Shown piece after piece: positions 30,810 through 42,252 of a stretch of DNA of 64,000 bases. Both the position numbers and the translations under genes were made by a program. Position 1 is the first letter of the stretch, and every line of letters begins with the position of its first letter. This DNA comes from Leptospiraceae bacterium. GTDB lineage: Bacteria; Spirochaetota; Leptospiria; Leptospirales; Leptonemataceae. The stretch spans positions 553,669-617,668 of the forward strand of contig JAVJNR010000005.1 in the NCBI GenBank assembly GCA_040217195.1, given 5' to 3'. A model generated the notes under the pieces. The model saw only the letters and a list, made by a program, of their open reading frames with translations, was not told the origin of the DNA and did no database searches.

Positions 30810-31510
30810 CAGGGTTCCAGAATTTTCACTCCAGAGGATTCTCCTACCAGGACTCTCGCAGGTCTGCAACGAGCGAATATCCCGTTCTCCACTACTCCGG
30901 AGATTGAGTTTAATTCCTTTTCCATGGCTTCTGGATGAAAGGAATCGAACCTGACATCCAGGATCAAGTTTCCATGGTCTGAGATAACAGGGCCGTCTTT
31001 TCGCAGGGCCATTCTTAGGCTTACTTCCCGGGCTCCCAGGCGCTCCAGTTCATGTCGAACAACGTTAATGGCCTGCGGCAAGATTTCCAGTGGAACAGGA
31101 GTCCTTTCCCCCAGACGAGAAACTAGTTTAGAGCCATCCACCAGGCAAATAAAGCAATTGGACAACGAATGGACAATCTTCTCCAGGGTATGCGCCGCCC
31201 CTCCACCTTTGATTAGATTCAGGGCCGGATCCACTTCATCGGCTCCGTCCAGAGATAAATCCAGTTCCTCAAAACTTTCCACCGGAAATACACGAAGACC
31301 TGCTTCTCTGGCAAATTGCATGGACTGATACGAGGTGACACAATAATCGCATTTCAAGGATTCCGTATTCTGCAAACGGCCCAGTTCTTCAATTGCGATG
31401 GCTGCGGTAGAACCGGTTCCCAGACCCACTGTCATACCACTTTTTACATGTTTTACAGCTTCCAGGGCTGCAAGCCTCTTGGATTCTTTGTTGGCGTCCG
31501 GTTGTCTCAC
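30809..31510 (-). CDS. rpiA: Ribose-5-phosphate isomerase A
   Basis: GLGTGST, DGADEVD, LIKGGGAA, GVVENGIF. Confidence 0.97.
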   Translation of the reverse strand: MRQPDANKESKRLAALEAVKHVKSGMTVGLGTGSTAAIAIEELGRLQNTESLKCDYCVTSYQSMQFAREAGLRVFPVESFEELDLSLDGADEVDPALNLIKGGGAAHTLEKIVHSLSNCFICLVDGSKLVSRLGERTPVPLEILPQAINVVRHELERLGAREVSLRMALRKDGPVISDHGNLILDVRFDSFHPEAMEKELNSISGVVENGIFARCRPARVLVGESSGVKILEP

Positions 31511-31578
31511 AATCTACGAGAATTGACAGTCCGGCCTCCGGTCAAACGCTTTCCCGGGCCTGGAATCTACGGCTACAC

Positions 31579-33804
31579 TCAGTCCATAGAACCGGATTGA
31601 AGATTCTCCAGAAGGGTCTTGATTCGATCGTCTTCCGGTTGAAGAAATGCTGCCTTTTGCAGCACTTCTATGGCCGTAGCATTACGACCGGCATCCGCAT
31701 ACACCTGGCCTAAAAGATAAAGCACACTTGCCCTTTCCCCAACCAGGTTTCTGGCTTCCTGAAGACTTTCCAGAGCCCTGGCCTGGTCACCGGTTCTAGA
31801 ATAGCATAGCCCGGAGTAATAATGTTTATAGAAATTCTCATCTTCCATCTTGGCCAACAGAGACAGGGCTGTGTCGTACTCTTCCAGACCTATAAGCTTC
31901 TCTACTTCATCCACCAGACTTTCCGACCCTGGTGCTGCACCGGTGGGATGGGCCGATTCTCGATAGGCAATGCGCATCAATGAAATGTCATCGGTCGGCT
32001 CTCCCAGGGAATAGAGCACTTCACGAATCCCGTGCAATTCGCCACGTCCCCGCTCTACGACTCCAGTAAATAGATCCGGATCCAAGTTAACCGATTTATC
32101 TTCCCCTCTCTGTTTTCCCTGGCGAATGGAGTCTCGCCCATCAGAACCTGCAATCAATACATCTCCGGTTTCTAGCTGAAAGCGAACCGGTTGCGAAACC
32201 GGGCCAGCTTCTCCAATTCGTCTGGATGAACTCTTCTGTTCAAGAAACGATGCCTGGCCTTTGCGATAAAGGACTGTTCTAGGATGACCGGCGTTGAGCA
32301 GATGTAAAATACCGGAGCGTTCTTGAATCAATCCAAGCAGGCATCCCACCTGCATCTCCCCGTGAAAACTGCTGAACACCCCATGCAGTTCTTCCACCAT
32401 GGCCACCATCCACTGAATTGGCTCCATAGTAGGTTTGCGCATTAGAATGGAATTTACCAGAGCGCCCATAATTAGTGAGCCCCCCGCCCCATTGAGGGCC
32501 CCTCCGGTGGCATCCCCATTAAAGAAGAATGCATGAGCTTCGCCATCGAAGTCCACGTTTCCTGTAACGCACAGGTCTCCGCCGAGCTCGGCCTCCCATT
32601 TTTGATATTTAAACTTCTTCTTGTACTCAATGAGAAAGTCCGTATGGACCGAATCGCTTACATTTCCATTCTTTAGCAGAGGATTGGCCAGCATCGTGGT
32701 GAGATAGTAATCTGCATCCTGCTGATTTTTCAGATCCTCTACCTTTCGCAGGGTGGATCGCAGTTCACCGGTTTTTCGAACAACTATATCCTCCATATGC
32801 AGAGTATAGCTTTCCACTTCACCTACCATGGAATTAAAAGCCCTGGCCAGCTGACCAAATTCATCTCCAGACCTCTCTTTAAGTCGAACCGAAAAATCCC
32901 TTTCCTGTACCTTCTCCACAGCACGGGTCAGCTCCAGCAATGGACGCGAAAGAATTCTGGAAATAATCAGGCCCAGAAGCCCGGCCACGAAAACGCTAGT
33001 AATGATAACTGTTACCAGGATTCTCTGAGTTCGATTGATAAGACTGAATTCGCTTTCTGCTGAAAGATCGATTCCCATTACTGCAAAGGTTTCGCCGCTT
33101 TCATCCTTGATTGGAATGTATGCTGAAAGCCAGACTCCCCATTCATCCCTGTAGTACTCTTCGCTGGCCGTTGCCTCCCCTTGAAATGCCTCAAGCATCT
33201 GGGGCTGACCGGACACATTATAGAGCATTCCAATCTGAGTCGCCTCTTCATCCGAAGCGATTACACCATCGGAATTTGTATCCAGGCGCTGATCGTCCCC
33301 ATCAACTATGAATTTAAGAATGGTTCGGTCCGGGGATTCGGGCACAGGTACGAGTATATAGGCATAGCGCAATAGCGGAGGATCCGATGGATTGATCTTT
33401 TGAGAAACGATTGCTCCAGGTTCTGAAATACTCTGTCTGGTGGAGCTTTTGATTCGGCGCATCAATTGCACCAGTCGCTGATAGTCTGGTCGTTGTTCGA
33501 GCCTCTGCCGTCTGGAGTCCGAAAGAATTTGATAATTTTCTCCCGGGCGAATCCCCTTCAGCAGAGACTCAGGCCTGGGATCACTCAATTGCTCGGACAG
33601 GTCATCCAGGGTCCGAATGGCCTTCCTATCCTCAAGTGTGATCAAATACTGGCCAGCTCGACCAATGTCCTTTAGACGAGAGGCGGTCTGAGTCCACACA
33701 TGGGATTGCAAAGTCTGATAGAAGATATAGGATGAAATGGCCGAGATCCCGGCTGCTAGCAGACTTATGGTAACGATCAACCGGGTCTGATAGCTCAGGG
33801 ACAT
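31579..33804 (-). CDS. Membrane sensor with HAMP, SpoIIE/PP2C phosphatase and C-terminal TPR
   Basis: Two TM segments, HAMP (DEFGQLARAFNSM), GGDLC, GDATG, NAGHP, SDG, DDISL, TPR tail. Confidence 0.9.
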   Translation of the reverse strand: MSLSYQTRLIVTISLLAAGISAISSYIFYQTLQSHVWTQTASRLKDIGRAGQYLITLEDRKAIRTLDDLSEQLSDPRPESLLKGIRPGENYQILSDSRRQRLEQRPDYQRLVQLMRRIKSSTRQSISEPGAIVSQKINPSDPPLLRYAYILVPVPESPDRTILKFIVDGDDQRLDTNSDGVIASDEEATQIGMLYNVSGQPQMLEAFQGEATASEEYYRDEWGVWLSAYIPIKDESGETFAVMGIDLSAESEFSLINRTQRILVTVIITSVFVAGLLGLIISRILSRPLLELTRAVEKVQERDFSVRLKERSGDEFGQLARAFNSMVGEVESYTLHMEDIVVRKTGELRSTLRKVEDLKNQQDADYYLTTMLANPLLKNGNVSDSVHTDFLIEYKKKFKYQKWEAELGGDLCVTGNVDFDGEAHAFFFNGDATGGALNGAGGSLIMGALVNSILMRKPTMEPIQWMVAMVEELHGVFSSFHGEMQVGCLLGLIQERSGILHLLNAGHPRTVLYRKGQASFLEQKSSSRRIGEAGPVSQPVRFQLETGDVLIAGSDGRDSIRQGKQRGEDKSVNLDPDLFTGVVERGRGELHGIREVLYSLGEPTDDISLMRIAYRESAHPTGAAPGSESLVDEVEKLIGLEEYDTALSLLAKMEDENFYKHYYSGLCYSRTGDQARALESLQEARNLVGERASVLYLLGQVYADAGRNATAIEVLQKAAFLQPEDDRIKTLLENLQSGSMD

Positions 33805-33915
33805 AGCTCTGTTGCCCTCGAAAAAATGCTCAGGTCAAGCAATAATGGAGGGCGGCGAAAAGGGATGAGCAATTTAAAGTTGATCTTTATCCGCCGATTT
33901 CTTGAATTTACTTTA

Positions 33916-36099
33916 ATGTCTCTTATATCCCCCAGGCGACTACCTGGCTTTGCCATACTGCCACTATTATTACTTGGATTGCTAACCGGATGCCAGAACT
34001 CTGAGAATCCAGGATCTACCATTGTGCTTGAAGATCTGGATTGGACACTTCTAAAGGGCTTCGAAAAGAGTTACATCAACGGAATCCCTGCTTCCAGGCT
34101 ACAGGAAGCGAAAAAGATTGAATCCTTTCCCGTAGTTATCAATCGCTCCCTGGAACTAAGCACCGGTGAGTCTCTGGTCCACAGCACAATGCAAAGCCAG
34201 TTCACTCTGGATGAGCAGCAATTACGCGAGCCACTGGGCATTCACTTCCCGTGGATTGGTGAAGCCTGGCAATTATTTGTAAATGGCCATCTGGTTGAAG
34301 ACCAGTTAGTCCTGGATTCCAGCGGGCAGCTAAAATACCGAAGAATATTCCGGCATCTTACAGTACCGGTGAACAACGCATTACTTCGAAAAGGTACCAA
34401 CACACTGACCATTCATTTTGCTGGCTATCAACATCCCACAGCCATTGAATCCAACGACAATCATGGTCTACTTTTTTCAGGAGGGTATGAGATTGCACCA
34501 CTGGCAACTCTGGAACAGAAGCACACGGATACTCTACGAATCGTACTGAGTACTGTTTATCTGTTTTTTGGATTGTACCACATGGTTATATTCGCACGGC
34601 GAAAGCAGGACAAATACAATCTTTTCTTTGGACTATTCTGCTTTGCCCTGGCTCTTGACTCTGTAACAGGCACCATGCAATTGCACAGGGCCACCCTGGA
34701 AACCGCCTGGATCAATCGAATCAAATATTTCAGTCAGGCACTTCAAATACCTCTGTTCTTTTACTTCGTGCACCATTATTTCTTTTCTGAGCATCGCACC
34801 CCCGTGCTTGTTCGGATCCTGGCCTATCCACTCTATCTGCTGGCATTTCTTTTTATCGTGGTACCATTTCGCTACACTGAAGTCTTGCTAAACTTATTTC
34901 ATTATGCAGCGGCCCCATCTCTGCTTTATGCAATATTCTTCATGGGCAAAGTCTTCTTTTCCAGAAAGAGAGATTCTCTGCTTTTCGGCATGAGCATTCT
35001 GATTCTTATCGCAGCCGGCTTCTGGGGCATTCTGGATAGCGAATTCTTCCACACCGGAATTCATCTCGTGCCCTATGGATTCCTATTTTGTATACTTAGC
35101 ATTATTTTCATTCTGGCTAATCGCTTCCTGTCGGTGCATAATGAATCGGAACGCCTGAACCTGGAACTCACCGAACAAAAGAATGCATTCCATCGATTCG
35201 TTCCCACTCAGTTTCTCAATCACCTGGGTCGAGACTCTGCGGTAGAGGTAAAGGTAGGCGATTCTGTGCTTCGAGAAATGACGGTCCTGTTCTGTGACAT
35301 TCGATCCTTCACAGCAAGGTCGGAAGGCTCCGGCCCGCAGGAGACCTTTTCGAGACTGAACGAACATCTTCAGCAAATGGAACCATGTATTTACCGGCAT
35401 GGAGGCTTCGTGGACAAATACGTAGGCGATGCTATTTTATCACTATTCTCTGACGATAAAAACCGCAGCACAATATATACCGGTAATTCCGGTCAAAGCC
35501 AGAGAATGAATTCGGCCCAGCGAGCTGTATCAGCAGCCGTGGAAATGGCTCGTCTTGCCCGGTCTGCCCAGTCTTCGGCGGACCAGGAACACCGCTTTTT
35601 GCCGGGATTTGGTATAGGTATCAACTCCGGAAATCTTGTGCTTGGGACCGTAGGCAGCCCCAGTCGCATTGATACAACGGTAATAGGCGATACTGTGAAT
35701 ACATGCTCCAGGCTGGAAAGCCTCACCACTCACTATAGATGTCCGATCCTTATTTCCGGTTCAACGAGAGAACGTCTGGGCGAAGGAATATTTCATCTTC
35801 GTCAAGTGGACGATGTTTACCTTCGCGGAAAGAAGCAAAAGACAACTATTTTCGAAGTGTTCGATGCGGATCCTCCAGAACAGCTGCTACAGAAAAGTCG
35901 TACACTGGTTCGATACAATGAGGCTCTGGAACTATATCGTACAGGTAAATTTGATGAAGCGTTGACGATGTTTCAAACCCTGCAGCAAAAGGCCCCGCAG
36001 GATCAGATTTTACCACTTTACATTGAGCGGATCAAAGGCCTGAAAGAGCAAAGTAATATCACTAACTGGGATGGAGTGATCCCGGTGCTGGGCAGCTGA
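33916..36099 (+). CDS. Class III adenylate/guanylate cyclase with extracellular domain and 7TM (7TMR-DISM-like) region
   Basis: TVLFCDIRSFT, DKYVGDAI, GIGINSG, TVIGDTVNTCSRLE; about seven TM helices; start uncertain (33826, 33865 or 33916). Confidence 0.92.
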   Translation: MSLISPRRLPGFAILPLLLLGLLTGCQNSENPGSTIVLEDLDWTLLKGFEKSYINGIPASRLQEAKKIESFPVVINRSLELSTGESLVHSTMQSQFTLDEQQLREPLGIHFPWIGEAWQLFVNGHLVEDQLVLDSSGQLKYRRIFRHLTVPVNNALLRKGTNTLTIHFAGYQHPTAIESNDNHGLLFSGGYEIAPLATLEQKHTDTLRIVLSTVYLFFGLYHMVIFARRKQDKYNLFFGLFCFALALDSVTGTMQLHRATLETAWINRIKYFSQALQIPLFFYFVHHYFFSEHRTPVLVRILAYPLYLLAFLFIVVPFRYTEVLLNLFHYAAAPSLLYAIFFMGKVFFSRKRDSLLFGMSILILIAAGFWGILDSEFFHTGIHLVPYGFLFCILSIIFILANRFLSVHNESERLNLELTEQKNAFHRFVPTQFLNHLGRDSAVEVKVGDSVLREMTVLFCDIRSFTARSEGSGPQETFSRLNEHLQQMEPCIYRHGGFVDKYVGDAILSLFSDDKNRSTIYTGNSGQSQRMNSAQRAVSAAVEMARLARSAQSSADQEHRFLPGFGIGINSGNLVLGTVGSPSRIDTTVIGDTVNTCSRLESLTTHYRCPILISGSTRERLGEGIFHLRQVDDVYLRGKKQKTTIFEVFDADPPEQLLQKSRTLVRYNEALELYRTGKFDEALTMFQTLQQKAPQDQILPLYIERIKGLKEQSNITNWDGVIPVLGS

Positions 36100-36248
36100 T
36101 GGGGCCGCTGCCCGGCTGGAATCCATTGCGGTATTGCGAATCAAATCACTGTTTGCTGAGCTCCAATCAAGCAGCTTGAGCCGTGGCAAAGTGTCCGATG
36201 CCAGCGGCCCAATTGTCGTAACATTGAGCCCTGGCACCGGGCCTGGCA

Positions 36249-36848
36249 TCACAGAGGATCGGATGTGCTGGCGCTGGCAGGCGCAGGAACATTTACAAAA
36301 ACAGAGGAACATTCATAGGCTTTCCAGATTCCATTATCATTCTTTTTCAAAGTAATGGGTCTTGGACTGAATCCATGAACATTTACAAAGACCTTAACTC
36401 GCCCGGAAGATTCATCGCCACTGTATTTATTTCTGGAAGTAACAATCTTATACGGAGCAGAAACCTTGTAATTGTTTTCTGCTGTCGCTCCGGCCACATA
36501 GGCGAATGGAGTGTACCACCATACATTCTGTCGGTTCAGACGATTTACATGGTACATTATGCTAGAAGAGGGAGCATAACCTTTGTATGCATTTCCCGAT
36601 CCAACGTTTCCTTGATCAAGGGCCAGAGTTAAGAATTGCATTCCCAGAGTTTCCGATTTAGAAAATCCCATCATTGCAACAATTAACATGGCAGCGCCCC
36701 CTTCCGGGGTAGTAGCCAGCTGGTCTCGCATCTGGATAAACTCATCAGCAGATGCAGGGATGGAAGATATAGTTACCTCCCTGGACTGTGCCTGAGCAGA
36801 CACGGCGGAAACAAGAAAGATGGTTATTGCAAGGGCGATAATTCGCAT
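36249..36848 (-). CDS. Exported protein, DUF6935-like
   Basis: Signal peptide MRIIALAITIFLVSAVSAQA; YVAGATAENNY, SPRPITL, GIWK; GGAGG RBS. Confidence 0.7.
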   Translation of the reverse strand: MRIIALAITIFLVSAVSAQAQSREVTISSIPASADEFIQMRDQLATTPEGGAAMLIVAMMGFSKSETLGMQFLTLALDQGNVGSGNAYKGYAPSSSIMYHVNRLNRQNVWWYTPFAYVAGATAENNYKVSAPYKIVTSRNKYSGDESSGRVKVFVNVHGFSPRPITLKKNDNGIWKAYECSSVFVNVPAPASASTSDPL

Positions 36849-37008
36849 ATTAGCCTCCAGAAGTATAGGCTTCCGATCTACTCTTGGACGAAGAAATCGT
36901 TGGAATTGTTCTGCGTATCCAGATTCCAGATCAGAAGGTCCTTCGGAATCTCTTATTGAAATAAGAATCTGTCCAGCTATAATTCGATGAGCCACAGCCG
37001 AAGAAGGA

Positions 37009-38052
37009 TTAATGGTCCTTTTTTTCTCCCAGAGCATGGTCCAAAAGCATTCCGGCGGCTTCAAAAGGAGACAACGTACCCTCCGTTACACGATTTCGAA
37101 GTTCCGTCCTGTACTGTCTGGAATCCGGGTTCTCCAGGATTCGGTTTCGGACCAGTTCTGACAGATATTCATTCATCCAGTACACAGCCTGGCCTTTGCG
37201 CCGACTTTCGAAATGGCCGTTTTCGCCCATGGATTCTTTAAAATTCTCCAGCAGACTATAGATATCATCCAGGCCCATGCCGGTCATGGCGCTAGTAAGT
37301 ATCACCTGGGCCCTCCATCCATGATCAGCCGGAGGAAATAACTCCAGGGCCCTGCGATAATCTGCAGCAGCAATCTTGGCTTTCTTTTCATTTCCAGAAT
37401 CGGACTTGGTAATGGCTATTCCGTCAGCCATTTCCATGATGCCCCGCTTCATTCCCTGAAGCTCATCTCCTGCGCCGGGTAGCATCAGGAGTAAAAAGAA
37501 ATCCACCATAGAATGAACGATGGTCTCACCCTGCCCGACTCCAACGGTTTCAATCAGGATTCTATCAAAGCCGGCCGCTTCGCACAGAATCACACTCTCT
37601 CTGGTTTTTCGGGCCACTCCTCCCGGGGATCCACCGGAAGGACTGGGTCGGATGTATGCGTTCTCTTCCCTGGTCAGAGCCTCCATTCTGGTTTTGTCCC
37701 CCAGAATGGAGCCTTTACTTCGTTCCGAAGATGGATCGATGGCCAACACAGAAAGCTTATGCCCCCTTTCCAGCATCAGTTGTCCGAAGGATTCTATGAA
37801 AGTGCTTTTTCCAACTCCAGGAATTCCGGTTATTCCAATGCGAAGGGAGTTACCTGCATGTGGCAAGCAGGCATGAATCACTTCCGAGGCAAGGTGCTGA
37901 TCCTCCGGAAGAGTGCTTTCAGTCAGTGTAATTGCCTGACTGAGGATGACACGATTTCCGGATCGCACTCCCTCAATGTACTCGGCAGCACTTTTTCGCC
38001 TGGGGCCTCGATCGAGACCACCGGAAAGCAGCCGTGGATTGAATGGAGGCAT
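37009..38052 (-). CDS. meaB: Methylmalonyl-CoA mutase-associated GTPase
   Basis: GITGIPGVGKST, DPSS, GSILGDKTRM, ETVGVGQ, GDELQGMKRG. Confidence 0.96.
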   Translation of the reverse strand: MPPFNPRLLSGGLDRGPRRKSAAEYIEGVRSGNRVILSQAITLTESTLPEDQHLASEVIHACLPHAGNSLRIGITGIPGVGKSTFIESFGQLMLERGHKLSVLAIDPSSERSKGSILGDKTRMEALTREENAYIRPSPSGGSPGGVARKTRESVILCEAAGFDRILIETVGVGQGETIVHSMVDFFLLLMLPGAGDELQGMKRGIMEMADGIAITKSDSGNEKKAKIAAADYRRALELFPPADHGWRAQVILTSAMTGMGLDDIYSLLENFKESMGENGHFESRRKGQAVYWMNEYLSELVRNRILENPDSRQYRTELRNRVTEGTLSPFEAAGMLLDHALGEKKDH

Positions 38053-40208
38053 TAACCTGCCTGTGCCTGCGGCTCTTTACCCAGAAGAATTTTTAGAATG
38101 GATGCAGCGGCCTGGGGAATTACAGTACCTGGACCAAATATAGCGGCTGCTCCTGATTCATACAGAAAATCGTAATCCTGCTGAGGAATCACTCCGCCCA
38201 CAACAACAAGGATGTCAGATCGATCCAGCTTCTTCAGTTCTTCCACAACCTGAGGCACCAGGGTTTTATGCCCGGCAGCCAGGGAAGATACTCCCAGGAT
38301 ATGTACATCGTTTTCTACTGCCTGCCGTGCCACCTCTTCCGGAGTTTGAAATAGAGGTCCGATGTCCACGTCGAATCCCAGATCAGCAAAGCTAGTAGAA
38401 ATGACTTTCGCACCCCGGTCATGACCGTCCTGACCCATTTTCGCTACAAGGATTCTTGGTCTACGACCCTCTTTCTCAGCAAACTCATCTGCCAGGGCTG
38501 TGGCATTTCTAAAATCTTCGTTATTTTCAATCTCGGAAGAATACACTCCTGATATACTACGAATAACGGCTTTGTATCGTCCAAAAACTTTTTCCATGGC
38601 CTGAGAAATCTCTCCCAGACTGGCCCGTTTCCTGGCTGCCTGAACGGCCAGATCCAGTAAGTTCCCTTCTCCGGATTCTGCACATCGGGTAATGGATTCC
38701 AGAGCCTGCTGGCATTCCTCAGCGTTGCGTTCACGACGGAGCTTGTCCAAGCGCTCCAATTGAGACTTTCGCACTGCAGTATTATCAATATCCAGAATTT
38801 CTAACGGATCATCGGAATCGCTCTTGAATCGATTGATTCCCACAATCACATCCCGCCCAGAATCAATACGGGCCTGTTTTCTGGCGGCCGCTTCTTCGAT
38901 TCTCATCTTTGGCAGTCCGGTTTCAATGGCTTTGGCAATGCCTCCCAGCTCTTCCACTTCTTCGATAAGCTTCCAGGCTCTGCGAGCCAGCAGATTGGTT
39001 AGAGCTTCTACGTAATAACTACCGGCCCAGGGATCCACAGCCCGGGTAATGTCCGTTTCATCCTGAAGGAAAAGCTGTGTGTTTCTGGCAATACGAGCGG
39101 AGAAATCTGTGGGCAATGCAATGGCTTCATCCAGAGCATTGGTATGTAATGACTGAGTATGACCCAGTGCAGCCGACAGTGCCTCCACGCAGGTTCTCGC
39201 AACGTTGTTATACGGATCCTGTTCGGTAAGGCTCCAGCCGGAGGTCTGGCAATGGGTTCGCAAAGCCATGGATTTAGGATTTTTTGGGTCGAATTGATTT
39301 ACCAGTTTGGCCCAGAGTAATCGACCGGCTCGCATTTTAGCAATCTCCATAAACTGATTCATGCCTATGGCCCAGAAAAAGGAGATTCTGGGGGCGAATT
39401 CGTCTACAGTGAGGCCGGCAGACATTCCGGTGCGAAGGTATTCCAGGCCATCGGCCAGTGTATAGGCCAGTTCAATATCTGCAGTGGCACCAGCTTCCTG
39501 CATATGGTAGCCAGAAACACTGATTGAGTTAAATTTAGGCATTTTCGCAGAAGTATAGGAGAAAATATCTGCGATGATCTTCATGGATGGACCCGGCGGA
39601 TAAATATAGGTGTTTCGCACCATGAATTCTTTGAGAATATCGTTTTGAATGGTACCGGTTAGCTTTTCTGGAGGTACTCCCTGCTCTTCACCAGCCACTA
39701 TGAAAAAGGCAAGAACCGGTATCACCGCTCCATTCATGGTCATGGAAACAGATACAGAATCCAGAGGTATTTGATTGAATAGAACCTCCATATCCAGAAT
39801 TGAATCGATGGCCACTCCAGCTTTACCTACATCGCCCACAACCCTGGGATGATCTGAGTCGTAGCCGCGATGTGTCGCCAGGTCAAATGCAACGCTCAAA
39901 CCTTTCTGACCGGCAGCCAGGTTTCGACGATAGAATGCATTGGATTCCTCTGCAGTGGAGAATCCGGCGTATTGACGGATGGTCCAGGGACGAGTGACAT
40001 ACATTGTAGAGTAAGGTCCTCGTAAATAAGGAGCCACACCAGCTCCAAATCCAGGGTGCTCCAGTCCGGTGAGTGCATCGGCACCGTAGGCGGACTGCAC
40101 AGGGATTCCTTCCGGCGTATTCATGGCCAGATCATCGGAAACCTGGCTTTTTGAGCTTCCTCCGCTGGAGATGGGCGAGTAACTTAATTTGCTAAAATCC
40201 GGTTTCAT
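38052..40208 (-). CDS. mutB: Methylmalonyl-CoA mutase, catalytic large subunit
   Basis: [18 protein letters not shown]12-binding GQDGHDRG. Confidence 0.97.
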   Translation of the reverse strand: MKPDFSKLSYSPISSGGSSKSQVSDDLAMNTPEGIPVQSAYGADALTGLEHPGFGAGVAPYLRGPYSTMYVTRPWTIRQYAGFSTAEESNAFYRRNLAAGQKGLSVAFDLATHRGYDSDHPRVVGDVGKAGVAIDSILDMEVLFNQIPLDSVSVSMTMNGAVIPVLAFFIVAGEEQGVPPEKLTGTIQNDILKEFMVRNTYIYPPGPSMKIIADIFSYTSAKMPKFNSISVSGYHMQEAGATADIELAYTLADGLEYLRTGMSAGLTVDEFAPRISFFWAIGMNQFMEIAKMRAGRLLWAKLVNQFDPKNPKSMALRTHCQTSGWSLTEQDPYNNVARTCVEALSAALGHTQSLHTNALDEAIALPTDFSARIARNTQLFLQDETDITRAVDPWAGSYYVEALTNLLARRAWKLIEEVEELGGIAKAIETGLPKMRIEEAAARKQARIDSGRDVIVGINRFKSDSDDPLEILDIDNTAVRKSQLERLDKLRRERNAEECQQALESITRCAESGEGNLLDLAVQAARKRASLGEISQAMEKVFGRYKAVIRSISGVYSSEIENNEDFRNATALADEFAEKEGRRPRILVAKMGQDGHDRGAKVISTSFADLGFDVDIGPLFQTPEEVARQAVENDVHILGVSSLAAGHKTLVPQVVEELKKLDRSDILVVVGGVIPQQDYDFLYESGAAAIFGPGTVIPQAAASILKILLGKEPQAQAG

Positions 40209-40248
40209 AATCTAATCCTTATCTTGTCTGGCTGCCAGAGACTCTCTT

Positions 40249-42252
40249 TTAAGATTCCTTCTTATGCGAGCCCACGCTAGAGCCCAGGATTCGTTTTTGA
40301 AGATCCACCAGTGTGGCAAAAACATTCGATTTTAGATGAATGAATTCAACAATACCCTTCTCCGTAAGGGAATCTCGATTCTCTGGACTACCGGCGATAA
40401 TAACTGGCAGGCCTTTTTCTTTTGCAATAGGCAGAATCTGGTCCGCCAGTTCTTCGTACTCTTCATCGCTGGAACAAAGAGTAAGCGCAACAATAGATGT
40501 ACTTTTTCCAAGCCGGTCCTTTAGATAGGTTGCGGCCTCTTTCGAATTTCCCAGAGAACCCGGATCTTCCACCGAGAAACCAGCACAGCCAAGGAAATTC
40601 TGCGAAAATGCAGCACGAGCCCTTTGCATTGCCAGTTTTCCCGCAGGAATAAGAAGAATTTCCGGGCGAAAGCCTTTGCTGGATGCCACCGATTGGAAGT
40701 GAATTCTAAGATCTTCAAAGCCTGATGTGGCCCTTCCAAATTTCACTGGAGGCACAGCCTTACCTTTGGCATCGTCGCTTTGAAGTTGAACCCCGTTGAT
40801 CCAGTGAGCGGAATACGGATCGAATCTCTTATCTTTCACCTCTTCTTTCAGAGAGGGATACTGGTTCACCCCAACATAGGTAGATTGTCGGCTTTCCACC
40901 TTACCCAGGGCCTCTGCAAGCTGCTGCGATAGTTTCTTCTGGATAGCACCGGACTTCAGGTTCTGAAGAAAGCCACCATTGCTTTCCAGTTCCTGAAAAT
41001 CCTGAAAAGCGGCGGCGGCCAGCTCATCGGTCAGATTCTCCAGATAGTAGGAGCCACCGCCAGGGTCGGCTACCTGCTGAAGGTAACTTTCATGACGTAT
41101 CAGGTTTTGAATATTTCGCGCCATCCTTCTGGAAAAGGCATCCTCTCGATCTGTAATCAAGTGAAACGGATGTACTGTATGTCTTTGCGAACCACCCAGC
41201 ACAGCACTGATAGATTGCGTGGTGGAGCGAAGCAGATTCGTGTAGGGATCGAGAGCAGACAGTTCGAAAACAGAGGTTTCTGTGGACTGATAAAGAGCCG
41301 CCGCATCCTTCCACTGGCCCGTAGTTTTTCCTTCATTTTCCAGAGTCTTCGCATACGCGCTGGCAATTTGCGCCCATAGATATCTGGCCGCTCGAAGCTG
41401 AGCCACTTCAGGAAAGAAACTGGAGGATACTGCACTGCGAACATGGACCGCTTTTAGAGCTTCCTGGAATTCCAGCCCCAGCTCAAGTAGAGAGGCTAGA
41501 TAGTAGGAAGCCAGTGAAAGACCAAGGCTTAGCTGAGTTCTATTGTTAGCACCTGCGTAGCGAAACAGATGGGCACTGACAGAAAAAAACGGGCGACTTC
41601 CTTTCTTTAAAAAATCGGCTGCTGCCTCCAGGTCTTCTGTGAGCTCCGTTTCCATGGCCGATGCTTCTACCGCGCCTGTGCGTAGATAACGCGCCACCGG
41701 ATCCACAGAAATAAGAACCTGATCAGATGATTTTGTTGCAGCCCAGCCCAATAGCGCGGCTGCATCCTTCATGTGAATCTCCAGATCCAGATTTACTGAT
41801 ATCCGGCTCAGATCGATTTTCTCACAGAATTCCGCTGCATGGCCCGCATAGGATGCATCGTTTACCAGTAGTCTCAAACTACCCAGTTCATGATTGTAAA
41901 ACTCCTGGAGCAATGCATCCAGCTGCGCTTCTTTATGATGCAGAGAAAAGTCGATGGTTTGCTCCGTAAGCCAGACATTGCTCCTGGAACGAATGCCTCT
42001 AAGGTAAGGGAACCTACCGGGCACATGACTTTCCAGGCCCTGGGGCTTTTCCTCCGGAACATAGAATGGCTTTAGTGTGAATCCCTCTCCGGTTTTCCAG
42101 TCCAGTTTGCCCAGAGCTTTTTGGGGATCCTCCGGATTCTTAAGATCTTTCAGTATCTTTTCTTCCCAGGATTTGCGATCCAGGGCAGAGAAATCTTCGA
42201 ATAATTTCAGGTTCGGTTCTGGAAATAGTTCCGGGTCCAGCTTGGCGCTCAT
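40249..42252 (-). CDS. mutA: Methylmalonyl-CoA mutase small (non-catalytic) subunit
   Basis: FPYLRG, NLLRSTTQ, RMARNIQ, DPGGGSYY, CSSD; lacks DxHxxG. Confidence 0.92.
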   Translation of the reverse strand: MSAKLDPELFPEPNLKLFEDFSALDRKSWEEKILKDLKNPEDPQKALGKLDWKTGEGFTLKPFYVPEEKPQGLESHVPGRFPYLRGIRSRSNVWLTEQTIDFSLHHKEAQLDALLQEFYNHELGSLRLLVNDASYAGHAAEFCEKIDLSRISVNLDLEIHMKDAAALLGWAATKSSDQVLISVDPVARYLRTGAVEASAMETELTEDLEAAADFLKKGSRPFFSVSAHLFRYAGANNRTQLSLGLSLASYYLASLLELGLEFQEALKAVHVRSAVSSSFFPEVAQLRAARYLWAQIASAYAKTLENEGKTTGQWKDAAALYQSTETSVFELSALDPYTNLLRSTTQSISAVLGGSQRHTVHPFHLITDREDAFSRRMARNIQNLIRHESYLQQVADPGGGSYYLENLTDELAAAAFQDFQELESNGGFLQNLKSGAIQKKLSQQLAEALGKVESRQSTYVGVNQYPSLKEEVKDKRFDPYSAHWINGVQLQSDDAKGKAVPPVKFGRATSGFEDLRIHFQSVASSKGFRPEILLIPAGKLAMQRARAAFSQNFLGCAGFSVEDPGSLGNSKEAATYLKDRLGKSTSIVALTLCSSDEEYEELADQILPIAKEKGLPVIIAGSPENRDSLTEKGIVEFIHLKSNVFATLVDLQKRILGSSVGSHKKES

